Part shown: one piece after another, positions 47,504-55,148 of the stretch
How positions within the stretch are numbered: the stretch's first letter is position 1
How the letters are laid out: the number at the start of each line of letters is the position of its first letter
NCBI GenBank assembly: GCA_964635045.1
Contig: CAZWMJ010000003.1
Span: 12,011 to 76,010 of the forward strand
DNA length: 64,000 nt
Direction: 5' to 3'
DNA from: an uncultured Gammaproteobacteria bacterium
GTDB taxonomy: Bacteria > Patescibacteriota > Microgenomatia > Levybacterales > UBA12049
The notes under the pieces: model-generated
Seen by the model: only the letters and a program-made list of their open reading frames with translations
Databases searched by the model: none
Told to the model about the DNA's origin: nothing
Position numbers and translations under genes: made by a program

Positions 47504-48565
47504 ATGACAGCAGAAAGACCATCTGGTCCAGATCAAGGCACCCGACTTGCCGAAAGTCTACTAGGCAGTGAAAAGGTTTTGTCTGGGCTTTTAGCTGGAG
47601 ATAAAAGAAAAAGGCCAATTTTGCAAGTAATGGTTTCCAAACTCATGGATGATCCTCTAGGACAACGTGGTTTCATAGAAACAATTTTTAGTGAGTTAGC
47701 CGGAGAAGGTGATTTTAGGGATATAAGAAGACGCAATGCGGCACTGGCAATTCTGGTGGATGATGAAGGTGATAATATCAGTTTACCAAAGGATATAAGA
47801 CCGATTGTAGAGGCTAATCCAACAGTGGTATGTGTTGCATATCAAAGGGCAGTTGCCCGACAGACAAAATTGAATAATCCTTTTTCTGGTTCTATTTATA
47901 GGCTTCTTAAAGTCGGACAAGCTATAGCTTCTTACCTTGGCAAAGATGCACAAAAAGGGCAAGAAATTGTAGATGGGTGGGAACAACTGGCAGGACAGTT
48001 TCCTGGAATTGATGTTCGAAATTATATACGCGCAGAAGTTCAAAAAATTAAAGACGGAATGTTTCCTCACGCTCAACTTGATTTTAGGGTGGAACAATTA
48101 AGGAAAGAGGGATTAACAAATCTTCAAATAGCAGAGAGGTTAGCAAGGACACTGCCGGTCATTGCGGCTTCAGCCAGCCGTTTGATTGCCCAGGGAAGAA
48201 TAGAACGAAGGGACAATGTTTCAGCGGCTAAACTCCTGCAGATTTTACAAGAATTTAAAGCTGCTTATCCGGTCGGGGCACTCTCTTTAAAAGAGATGGG
48301 AAAAAAACTGGGAGAAGCACTTGGTAAAGGGCCAAGAACCCGGGAACGGGCAAGACAGATTTATGATAAGTTAAAAGCGGCGCATGATGATCTTCCTCCG
48401 ACAAGGGGAGTCGGTGTGGAAAAACTTCCTTCAGAATACCGAGAGCGTTTAAGTCGGGAAGTTTCAGCAAGGATTAATCAAGGCATGGACAAAAAACAAA
48501 TAGCGGATGAACTGCATGTTCCAGCCACTTGGGTTGAGAAATTATCACCTCCCAAAATGATCTGA
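47504..48565 (+). CDS. Hypothetical protein co-transcribed with the helicase
   Basis: 353-aa ORF 30 nt after the helicase stop. No confident motifs. Confidence 0.35.
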   Translation: MTAERPSGPDQGTRLAESLLGSEKVLSGLLAGDKRKRPILQVMVSKLMDDPLGQRGFIETIFSELAGEGDFRDIRRRNAALAILVDDEGDNISLPKDIRPIVEANPTVVCVAYQRAVARQTKLNNPFSGSIYRLLKVGQAIASYLGKDAQKGQEIVDGWEQLAGQFPGIDVRNYIRAEVQKIKDGMFPHAQLDFRVEQLRKEGLTNLQIAERLARTLPVIAASASRLIAQGRIERRDNVSAAKLLQILQEFKAAYPVGALSLKEMGKKLGEALGKGPRTRERARQIYDKLKAAHDDLPPTRGVGVEKLPSEYRERLSREVSARINQGMDKKQIADELHVPATWVEKLSPPKMI

Positions 48566-48628
48566 TTTCACATCTTGCCGCTTTTATACCTTTGTTTACA
48601 CACCTTGGGGGTGTGCTAGGTTCATATT

Positions 48629-49320
48629 TTACAACTTAGCTTCTGGCGGAAGATCTGTATCAACTATCTTGTTAATTATTTCCAAAGCAGTTTTCATAAG
48701 GACAAAATCTCTTGCTAACATAGGAGCCTGCACAGATATCGTTCCGCCAATGGGGTGCCCTTCAATTTGCAAATCTGCCCTACCATCAGCAAGTTCTTCA
48801 GGAAGGCGAATTACTTTTGCAAAGTTACCAGTTTCGTCTACCAGATAATAAGTATGATATCTATCCGAAAAAGCAATGCCCGGGAAGGTCATATCGTTAA
48901 CCTCTTCTTCTGTAAAGACGCCTGCGACACGTTCTTTCACTTCATCAAGTGTTAATCCAAATCGTTCTTCCCAATCATAGGCATGATGCCGTCTGACTGC
49001 TTCCCAGGTTTCTCTGTCGGTATGTAAACCGAGACTTACCATTGTGGGAGTATTGACTCCAACCTTCGAAAGTGCTCTGGCGCTCCGTTGAAGGAATGAA
49101 TGACACCAATACTGACTTCATCAATACCCTGAAATGTACAATCAGTATAAAACCAGAGCATTTCACTATCACGATATCCACCCATGTCTTCAAATCTTTC
49201 AGGGGATTTATCAGCAAATCTAATTAGTTTTTCAACAACTTTTTGTTGTAAACGCGCTAGATCCCTTGCAAGCTCTTTATTTCTCGCTTGTTCGATAAAA
49301 ACTTCTTTTGCGGGAAACAT
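48629..49320 (-). pseudogene. Frameshifted gene (two overlapping ORFs 49036..49320 and 48629..49042)
   Basis: Adjacent minus-strand ORFs in different frames overlapping by 7 nt. A third frame is also open across the junction. Confidence 0.3.
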
Positions 49321-49356
49321 TGTTTTGTCAAGAAAGCGGGCAGGCCAGATTCGATG

Positions 49357-49429
49357 TGGCAGGGATGCCAGGATTCGAACCTGGAAAAGCAGTTTTGGAG
49401 ACTGCCGTGATACCGTTTCACCACATCCC
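49357..49429 (-). tRNA. tRNA-Trp (anticodon CCA), CCA encoded
   Basis: Acceptor AGGGATG/CATCCCT; anticodon stem GCAGT/ACTGC with loop CTCCAAA; T-arm CCAGG-TTCGAAT-CCTGG; 3' GCCA. Confidence 0.85.
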
Positions 49430-49484
49430 TACGTTGCTAGTTTCTCAGGGTAAAACCTATTCATATTAAAAAGCTAGGAAATAT

Positions 49485-49660
49485 TATTTCAGTTTTTCTG
49501 TTTCTTTGTGATCGGTGCGTTTGCGGCAGTGTCGGCAATACTTTTTCAACACCAGCTTTTCCGGCGTGTTTAATTTATTGCGGCTGGTAATATAATTTCT
49601 GTTTTTACAAACAGCACAAGTGAGTCCCAAAGTAACTCTGTGTTCGCCTTTTTTCGCCAC
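49485..49660 (-). CDS. rpmG: Ribosomal protein L33
   Basis: Translation (GTG start) MAKKGEHRVTLGLTCAVCKNRNYITSRNKLNTPEKLVLKKYCRHCRKRTDHKETEKLK, with two CxxC pairs. Not in the supplied ORF track because it is under 60 aa. Confidence 0.7.
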
Positions 49661-49820
49661 TTCGTCGCTTTGCCAAGTCAGACTTGGCTTTGCTTCTCAG
49701 CGCAAGCATTTAATCGCTTGAACTAAAAAGCTACCTCCTTCTTTAGAGTTTACACCGATGTTGCTTAAAAAGCAACAGAATGTGAGCCGGCGATGGGAAT
49801 CGCCCGCCTTGCCATTTTTG

Positions 49821-49892
49821 AGCCGACAGTGGGAATCGAACCCACGCTCAATTCATTACCAATGAATCGTTTTGCCACTAAACTATGTCGGC
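49821..49892 (-). tRNA. tRNA-Thr (anticodon GGT)
   Basis: Acceptor GCCGACA/TGTCGGC; anticodon stem ATTCA/TGAAT with loop TTGGTAA; T-arm GTGGG-TTCGATT-CCCAC. Confidence 0.8.
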
Positions 49893-49937
49893 TAAGTTAA
49901 TATATTTTACTTGAAGATTTAAAAAAAACAAGTACGG

Positions 49938-50021
49938 TGCTAAGGGAGGGAATTGCACCCCCGAAGCCCTTTCGGACGTCTGGTCTACAGCCAGATGCGA
50001 TTGCTACTCCGCCACCTTAGC
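49938..50021 (-). tRNA. tRNA-Tyr (anticodon GTA) with long variable arm
   Basis: Acceptor GCTAAGG/CCTTAGC; D-arm GCGG-AGTAGCAA-TCGC; anticodon stem TCTGG/CCAGA with loop CTGTAGA; long variable stem CCGAA-AGGGC-TTCGG. T-loop TGCAATT is atypical. Confidence 0.7.
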
Positions 50022-50069
50022 CTAATTAGCCACTAGCAACTAGCCGCTAGCGTTTAGTTTGAGCCTCCT

Positions 50070-50140
50070 GACAGAATCCCCGCCTGCCAAAGCTTCCGCC
50101 GCTAACTGCGTAAGCTGTAGGCGGATGCGGGCAGGGAACT
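50070..50140. other. Structured GC-rich spacer between tRNA-Tyr and tRNA-Thr
   Basis: Nested hairpins ccccgcctgcc...ttccgcc-[loop]-ggcgga...gcgggcagg. The same CCCGCCTGC / GCGGGCAGG pair recurs at 50325-50373. Confidence 0.25.
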
Positions 50141-50177
50141 GTCGTCATATGTTTATCCCAGAAAATTCAGCCGACTC

Positions 50178-50251
50178 TGGAGCCGACTGTCAGACTTGAA
50201 CTGACGACCTGCTGTTTACAAAACAGCTGCTCTACCACTGAGCTAAGTCGG
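50178..50251 (-). tRNA. tRNA-Thr (anticodon TGT), CCA encoded
   Basis: Acceptor GCCGACT/AGTCGGC; D-arm TAGCTCAGTGGTAGAGC; anticodon stem GCTGT/ACAGC with loop TTTGTAA; T-arm GTCAG-TTCAAGT-CTGAC; 3' TCCA. Confidence 0.85.
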
Positions 50252-50680
50252 CTAGAATTTACGGGATCCCGTAAATCTAAGCCAATTTTATCAAAATTGG
50301 CAAGATTTTACTGGGGCAAAACAGCTGCCCCGCCTGCAATTGCCTTCGGCAAAAAGCCGATGGCGGGCAGGCTGGAACATTTTCATTTTACCAAACAATA
50401 TACTGGGGGACAAGTCCTTGCTCAGGAAGTAAAAAAAGAAGAATAAGTTCATCTTTGGTACAGAGTGCGACTTGGATTTTCCCCAAAACAGACAATTAGG
50501 AAGACTCATCTGCTGACCAAGGCCAACAAATATGCGTCTTGTCATCCGCCATCACTTTTAAGATGTTGGCGGACTACCTCATTAGCGCTGAATTTGTGGA
50601 GGAAAATACTCCAAACTTACTCTTATACCAAAGAACAATAATAGCATATAAGAAATAAAGGCGGATGTCAAGATTTTGGT

Positions 50681-51307
50681 TTAAAATCCCAGCAGTTTCA
50701 TGGCAAAACTGACTATGTCGAAAATAACTCCGCCTAAGCTCACCCCGCCGATTGGAAATAGCAGTAGAAAGAATAGTATAAACATGCCCATTGAACCAAA
50801 CGATAGATAAACTGCCGCTTCGCGCTCCGGCAGGAGAAAGGCGAATATTTTGGAGCCGTCAAGAGGAGGAATGGGAGTAAGATTGAGAACGGCCAGAAGT
50901 AAGTTGTATTTGACAGTCAAAAAAAGAAACCAACCAATAAATGAGGGAAAGACCATGGGGATAGTAGAGAGGGTCTTAAAAATAATTGCCGCGATAGTAG
51001 CAATGAGTATGTTAGTTAGAGGTCCGGCAAGAGCGACAAGGGCTACATCTTTTTTCCCCTCTTTCAGATTAAATGGATCAACCGGAACCGGCTTGGCGGC
51101 GCCAAAAATAATGGGGGAGCCGGAAAGAAGGAGAAGGAGGGGAAGAGCGATACTCATCATAGGGTCAATATGGGATTTGGGATTAAGCGTTAATCTTCCC
51201 ATCAGTCTGGCAGTTGGATCGCCTAGGCGGTCTGCCACAAATCCATGAGCTACTTCATGGAGAATGGCGGAGAAGATTAAAATTACTAAACCCAAAATAA
51301 GCTCCAT
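50681..51307 (-). CDS. Site-2-protease-family (M50) intramembrane metalloprotease
   Basis: HEVAHG (HExxH) in TM1, multiple TM helices, second zinc-ligand region. Confidence 0.7.
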   Translation of the reverse strand: MELILGLVILIFSAILHEVAHGFVADRLGDPTARLMGRLTLNPKSHIDPMMSIALPLLLLLSGSPIIFGAAKPVPVDPFNLKEGKKDVALVALAGPLTNILIATIAAIIFKTLSTIPMVFPSFIGWFLFLTVKYNLLLAVLNLTPIPPLDGSKIFAFLLPEREAAVYLSFGSMGMFILFFLLLFPIGGVSLGGVIFDIVSFAMKLLGF

Positions 51308-51478
51308 ATTGTTTACTCTATAGTTCTATGATATCATATATAATACAGAATTTTTGAAGTGAGATATGAGATTTTTTTGATTCAGAATTCTTGAAATTTT
51401 GATTTTTTGGATTCAAGATTTAAAATATTCAAACTCAAGGATATCAAAAAGATCCCACGTCAAGAAATCCAAACGAAT

Positions 51479-51736
51479 ATGGCAATGAAGTGTTTTAATT
51501 GCGGCAAGGGGGTCATGTTTGGTCGTCAGCATACGCATCATCCTGGGGTGGCGGGAGGACGATGGAAAAAAAGAGCTCCTAAAACACCGAAAATTTTCAA
51601 GCCTAATTTACATTATGCTCGTATTAAAGTTGAAGGAGGGATGAAAAGAGTCAGACTTTGCACAAAGTGCCTTAGGAGAGAGAAGAATAAACAAATTACC
51701 AATAAACCAATAAACAAATCAATGCAAAATATCTAA
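51479..51736 (+). CDS. rpmB: Ribosomal protein L28
   Basis: MAMKCFNCGK...KIFKPNLHYARIKVEGGMKRVRLCTKCLR matches the L28 pattern (C-x2-C ... PNL ... RV-x-C-x2-C). Start moved to the internal ATG at 51479. Confidence 0.6.
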   Translation: MAMKCFNCGKGVMFGRQHTHHPGVAGGRWKKRAPKTPKIFKPNLHYARIKVEGGMKRVRLCTKCLRREKNKQITNKPINKSMQNI

Positions 51737-52470
51737 ACGATTGGTAGTATTACCTTTTCAAGGTCGGGGTATCCGTTTATAAAATCTTTAACGCTCATCG
51801 GTTTTCCGCCTTCCACCTGAAGTTTTTGATGAGGCAGAAACTTAATAATCCGATTGTTGATTGTTGATTGTTGATTGTTTGAAGTTGTGATTTGGACTTT
51901 GGTCCAAACGCTGGGCCAGGGGTAATAAGCCCTGATCATTCGATCAAGAATTTCTGGCGGTGGGGGATTATTAATGTCGAAATACCCATCTTGACGGGTC
52001 AAACTTTTAGTAAAGGTGGTCCGGGAATGGTTTTGAGGCGTTAGTTTAATTTTTCCAGCAGCAAAATCCTGAATAATTTTAGGCAGAATTTCACCAGCTC
52101 GCTGAAACATTTTTTTACTCAAAGTATCAAAATTATCACTGTCAGAAAGTACTATTTCTTCTTGCCATATTATTGGTCCATGATCTACTTCCTCGTCCAT
52201 TTTAATAATGGTGATGCCGGATCTTTTGTCGCCGTTTAAGATGGCAGTTTGAATGGGCGAGGCGCCGCGGTATTTAGGTAAAAGCGATGGGTGGACATTG
52301 ATAAATCCATATTTTGGGGCATTAAGTTCTTGTTTTGTTAAAATCCTGCCATATGAAGCAACAACTCCCAGATCGGCTTCGTTTAATGAGTCAACTAGTA
52401 CAAAATGTTTTACCAGCTGGTTTTTGATGGGTTGGACAAATAATGGAGTTCCCAAAAAAACTATTTTCAT
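51733..52470 (-). CDS. fmt: Methionyl-tRNA formyltransferase
   Basis: MKIVFLGTP...FINVHPSLLPKYRGASPIQTAILNGD. Contains the in-frame (GATTGTT)4 tract at 51849-51885. Confidence 0.8.
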   Translation of the reverse strand: MKIVFLGTPLFVQPIKNQLVKHFVLVDSLNEADLGVVASYGRILTKQELNAPKYGFINVHPSLLPKYRGASPIQTAILNGDKRSGITIIKMDEEVDHGPIIWQEEIVLSDSDNFDTLSKKMFQRAGEILPKIIQDFAAGKIKLTPQNHSRTTFTKSLTRQDGYFDINNPPPPEILDRMIRAYYPWPSVWTKVQITTSNNQQSTINNRIIKFLPHQKLQVEGGKPMSVKDFINGYPDLEKVILPIV

Positions 52471-53024
52471 AACTCAATTTCTTCGAACACGTCATTGCCT
52501 TTTTTGTCTTTTTTGCTTTTGAACAGCTTTTCTTTTTGTTCCAGCACTCGTTGGGTAAAGAGAATGCCGTTGAGATGGTCTGTTTCATGCTGGATAATGG
52601 TGGCCAGAAAACCCGTGAACACACGGGTTTTAGTTGAAAGTTGAGAGTTGAAAGTTGAGAGTTGCTGATAGCGAACCTTAATTTCTTTTGCCCGATGGAC
52701 CATGCCCCAGACATTGTGGATAGAAAGACATCCTTCCAGTTTTTTCGAGCGTCTGGGAACGCCTTTTGTTTTTTCCAAAGAAACCTCAAGTATTTGCGGG
52801 TTTAGAAAAACAGAAATGGGGGATTTCAGATATGGTTTGGCAAGGAAAATTCGAAACGGACTGCCAACCTGTGGCGCCGCCAGGCCGACTCCGATTGGGT
52901 CTTTGGTTGCCAGCAAGGTTTTTTTCATTCCCTCAATTAATTCCAGAGTTTTTTTATCAATAGCTTGAACCGTCTTTGCCGGAGTAGTTAAAACCGGATT
53001 AGGCACCTTAACAATCTGCAACAT
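52467..53024 (-). CDS. def: Peptide deformylase
   Basis: GVGLAAPQVG, EGCLS, HETDHLNGILF motifs. In-frame (GTTGARA)4 tract at 52621-52660. Confidence 0.85.
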   Translation of the reverse strand: MLQIVKVPNPVLTTPAKTVQAIDKKTLELIEGMKKTLLATKDPIGVGLAAPQVGSPFRIFLAKPYLKSPISVFLNPQILEVSLEKTKGVPRRSKKLEGCLSIHNVWGMVHRAKEIKVRYQQLSTFNSQLSTKTRVFTGFLATIIQHETDHLNGILFTQRVLEQKEKLFKSKKDKKGNDVFEEIEL

Positions 53025-53210
53025 TGCCTTACATTATATCATAGAATAATTTTTATTAAAGGTCGTCATGATGTTATTATGGACGTTATTAAGGCTAGAT
53101 TTAACACCAAAAAAAGCTGCAGCTTGATTTTGTGTTAATTTTATTGTAGTGTGCATATTGTATAGTGCAATAGCGTATTTGACATTTATTAATATAATAT
53201 AGGATGTACG

Positions 53211-53834
53211 ATGGAAACAGTAGAATGGAATAAAGCATACAAAATTTTTTATAGCGATAAAGAAGCAATTCTTGCCGACCTTAAGAGAGAAGTTAACAGA
53301 TATCCTTATCTTAAGGAAATTCTTGTTATCTTAGCCGCGGGGACGCTTATTTCTGCAGCGCTTGTTATGCCGGATATTGCAAAACTTATTAACCCCAGAA
53401 TTTGGCGGGGAGAAGGTTATCGGAAAGATAGGTTGCGACAGACGCTGAAACGATTACAAAAGAAAAAACTGATAGAGGTGGTGGAGACGAAAGATGGACA
53501 GGTAGTTAAGATTACGGAAAATGGTCTAACTCGCGCCATGAAATATAAACTTGATGAGATGAAGATTAAAGAACAAAAATCATGGGATAGGAAGTGGAGG
53601 ATTGTAATTTTTGATATACCGGATGATAAAAAGAGAGTTCGTGACGAGTTTAGGGAGCGGTTAAAACAATTGGGATTTTTTCGATTGCAGGAGAGCGTTT
53701 TTGTGCATGCCTTTCCCTGTTTTGACGAGGTAGAGTTCTTGCGGCAGATTTATGAGGTTAATATCAACGTTACTTACATTCTTGCAATAACAATAGAAGG
53801 GCAAGAGGGTCTTCAAGATTTTTTCAAACTTTAA
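53211..53834 (+). CDS. PaaX-like protein: membrane/wHTH N-terminal part plus Cas2-fold C-terminal domain
   Basis: C-terminal WRIVIFDIPDDKKRVRDEFRERLKQLGFFRLQESVFV follows the Cas2/PaaX_C pattern (vvvYDv..kRR.kv.k.L..yG.rvQ.SVF). N-terminus has a hydrophobic helix and a winged-helix-like segment. No cas1 or CRISPR array nearby. Confidence 0.45.
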   Translation: METVEWNKAYKIFYSDKEAILADLKREVNRYPYLKEILVILAAGTLISAALVMPDIAKLINPRIWRGEGYRKDRLRQTLKRLQKKKLIEVVETKDGQVVKITENGLTRAMKYKLDEMKIKEQKSWDRKWRIVIFDIPDDKKRVRDEFRERLKQLGFFRLQESVFVHAFPCFDEVEFLRQIYEVNINVTYILAITIEGQEGLQDFFKL

Positions 53835-53870
53835 AGAGTTTGATTTAAAGATTTTAATTTGTCTTAAATT

Positions 53871-53982
53871 TTAGCTTCAGGTTCAACACCAATTTCAGCT
53901 GCAGCATAAATTGGTGTTGGTTTGATATTCAAATTCCGCGTAAAATCCACACCTAAAATCCAGCGGTTGGGGAAAATGGGTT
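53871..53982 (+). repeat. 112-bp direct repeat, copy 1
   Basis: 109/112 identical to 54476-54587. Contains perfect 11-bp inverted repeat aacaccaattt-cagctgcagcat-aaattggtgtt. Confidence 0.8.
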
Positions 53983-54039
53983 GGTTTTTGTTCAATTGAC
54001 TCTGCAGTAATAATTTGCTTAAATAGAATTTAGCTTAAT

Positions 54040-54450
54040 ATGGAAAGCCAGTCTGAAGCAAGGCCGAGAATTCCAGTTTCTCCTTCGGAACAAAGGCTTT
54101 TGGATCGTTTCATTCACGTTGGAGTTGCAATATTTATGGCAGGAATAGTTACAGCTAAATCTGGATTTGAAGATGAAGCCAAGTATGAAAAGCTTAACGG
54201 CGCTATCGTGGTCATGCAAACAGAACGTTCATTAGGAGAGGGAAGTCATCATGAAACAGAAGGGCCTGGGCTAGAGAAGTTGATAGAGAGACGCGATCAG
54301 TTGAGTAAGTTTGCGGATAAAAAAGCACTTTTTAGCAGTGCACTTTTTGTCTTAGGTTCTATGTTTGCTGGACTTGGAGATCGTCAGAGGAGAGGGCTTT
54401 CGATGGTGCACCCTGGAGTAGAAGAGGAATTAACGAAGAAGAGAGATTAA
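54040..54450 (+). CDS. Hypothetical protein with 2 TM helices, flanked by the 112-bp direct repeats
   Basis: 136-aa ORF. No motifs. Confidence 0.35.
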   Translation: MESQSEARPRIPVSPSEQRLLDRFIHVGVAIFMAGIVTAKSGFEDEAKYEKLNGAIVVMQTERSLGEGSHHETEGPGLEKLIERRDQLSKFADKKALFSSALFVLGSMFAGLGDRQRRGLSMVHPGVEEELTKKRD

Positions 54451-54475
54451 AAGAATTTTTTAAAGTTGAGTATAT

Positions 54476-54587
54476 TTAGCTTCAGATTCAACACCAATTT
54501 CAGCTGCAGCATAAATTGGTGTTGGTTTAATATCCAAATTCCGCGTAAAATCCACACCTAAAATCCAGCGGTTGGGGAAAATGGGTT
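54476..54587 (+). repeat. 112-bp direct repeat, copy 2
   Basis: See copy 1. Confidence 0.8.
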
Positions 54588-54594
54588 AAAATTA

Positions 54595-55071
54595 TTAGAG
54601 AGGATTTTGGAGGGGTTTGGGGAGATTTTTGAAATATTTTTTGACCACGGATTTTAGGCTCCAGAATTTTTCAGCGTCGAAAATTATCAGAGTAAGAAAA
54701 ACCAGACTAAAAATCACGTGCTGGTCAACCAGAAAAGAAGCCGTTCCTTTGCCAACATAAGGGAAATGCAGAATAGGGAGGTAATAAAGAACCATCATTA
54801 TTATGCCGCCAACCGCGGCGGGACGAATAAAAACCCCCAAAATCAGAGCCGCCCCAATTAATGTTTGTCCCCAGGAATTAGACAGATTAATCCAACCGAT
54901 GTTATTTGCATTGGCAAACCAGTCATAAAGAAAGGGTAATGTTTGAGAGCTTTTAAGATACCCGGCGGCGCTCCAGTTGGGATCTAAAATTTTGGTCACG
55001 CCGGAATACAAGAAAATCCATCCCAGAGAGAGCCGGAGAGCCAGCAAAATTATTTTTTGCCCTTTATTCAT
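54595..55071 (-). CDS. DoxX-family membrane protein
   Basis: LRLSLGWIFLYSGVTKILDP is the DoxX signature. 4 TM helices. Confidence 0.6.
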   Translation of the reverse strand: MNKGQKIILLALRLSLGWIFLYSGVTKILDPNWSAAGYLKSSQTLPFLYDWFANANNIGWINLSNSWGQTLIGAALILGVFIRPAAVGGIIMMVLYYLPILHFPYVGKGTASFLVDQHVIFSLVFLTLIIFDAEKFWSLKSVVKKYFKNLPKPLQNPL

Positions 55072-55148
55072 ATTCCGTCCTTCATCATTTATACTTCATC
55101 CCCCGCCTGCATCGCTTTGCGAAGCATTGCGGGCAGGTTAATCCTTAG

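Noticed and set aside
49771-49820. Possible additional tRNA downstream of tRNA-Thr(GGT)
   Set aside because: The sequence forms a GC hairpin (gcgggcgat...atcgccggc) but lacks a T-loop (TTCGA) and a D-arm. It is more likely a terminator or processing hairpin.
50291-50545. 84-aa minus-strand ORF
   Set aside because: It overlaps GC-rich hairpin structures flanking the tRNA cluster, has low-complexity translation, and has no start context. The region is more likely structured non-coding sequence.
50850-51248. 132-aa plus-strand ORF
   Set aside because: It is antisense to the M50 protease gene.
53871-54587. Possible CRISPR array next to a Cas2-like gene
   Set aside because: There are only two repeat copies, each 112 bp, with a 493-bp protein-coding spacer. 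No cas1 or other cas genes are present, and the Cas2-like fold is better explained as a PaaX-type C-terminal domain.
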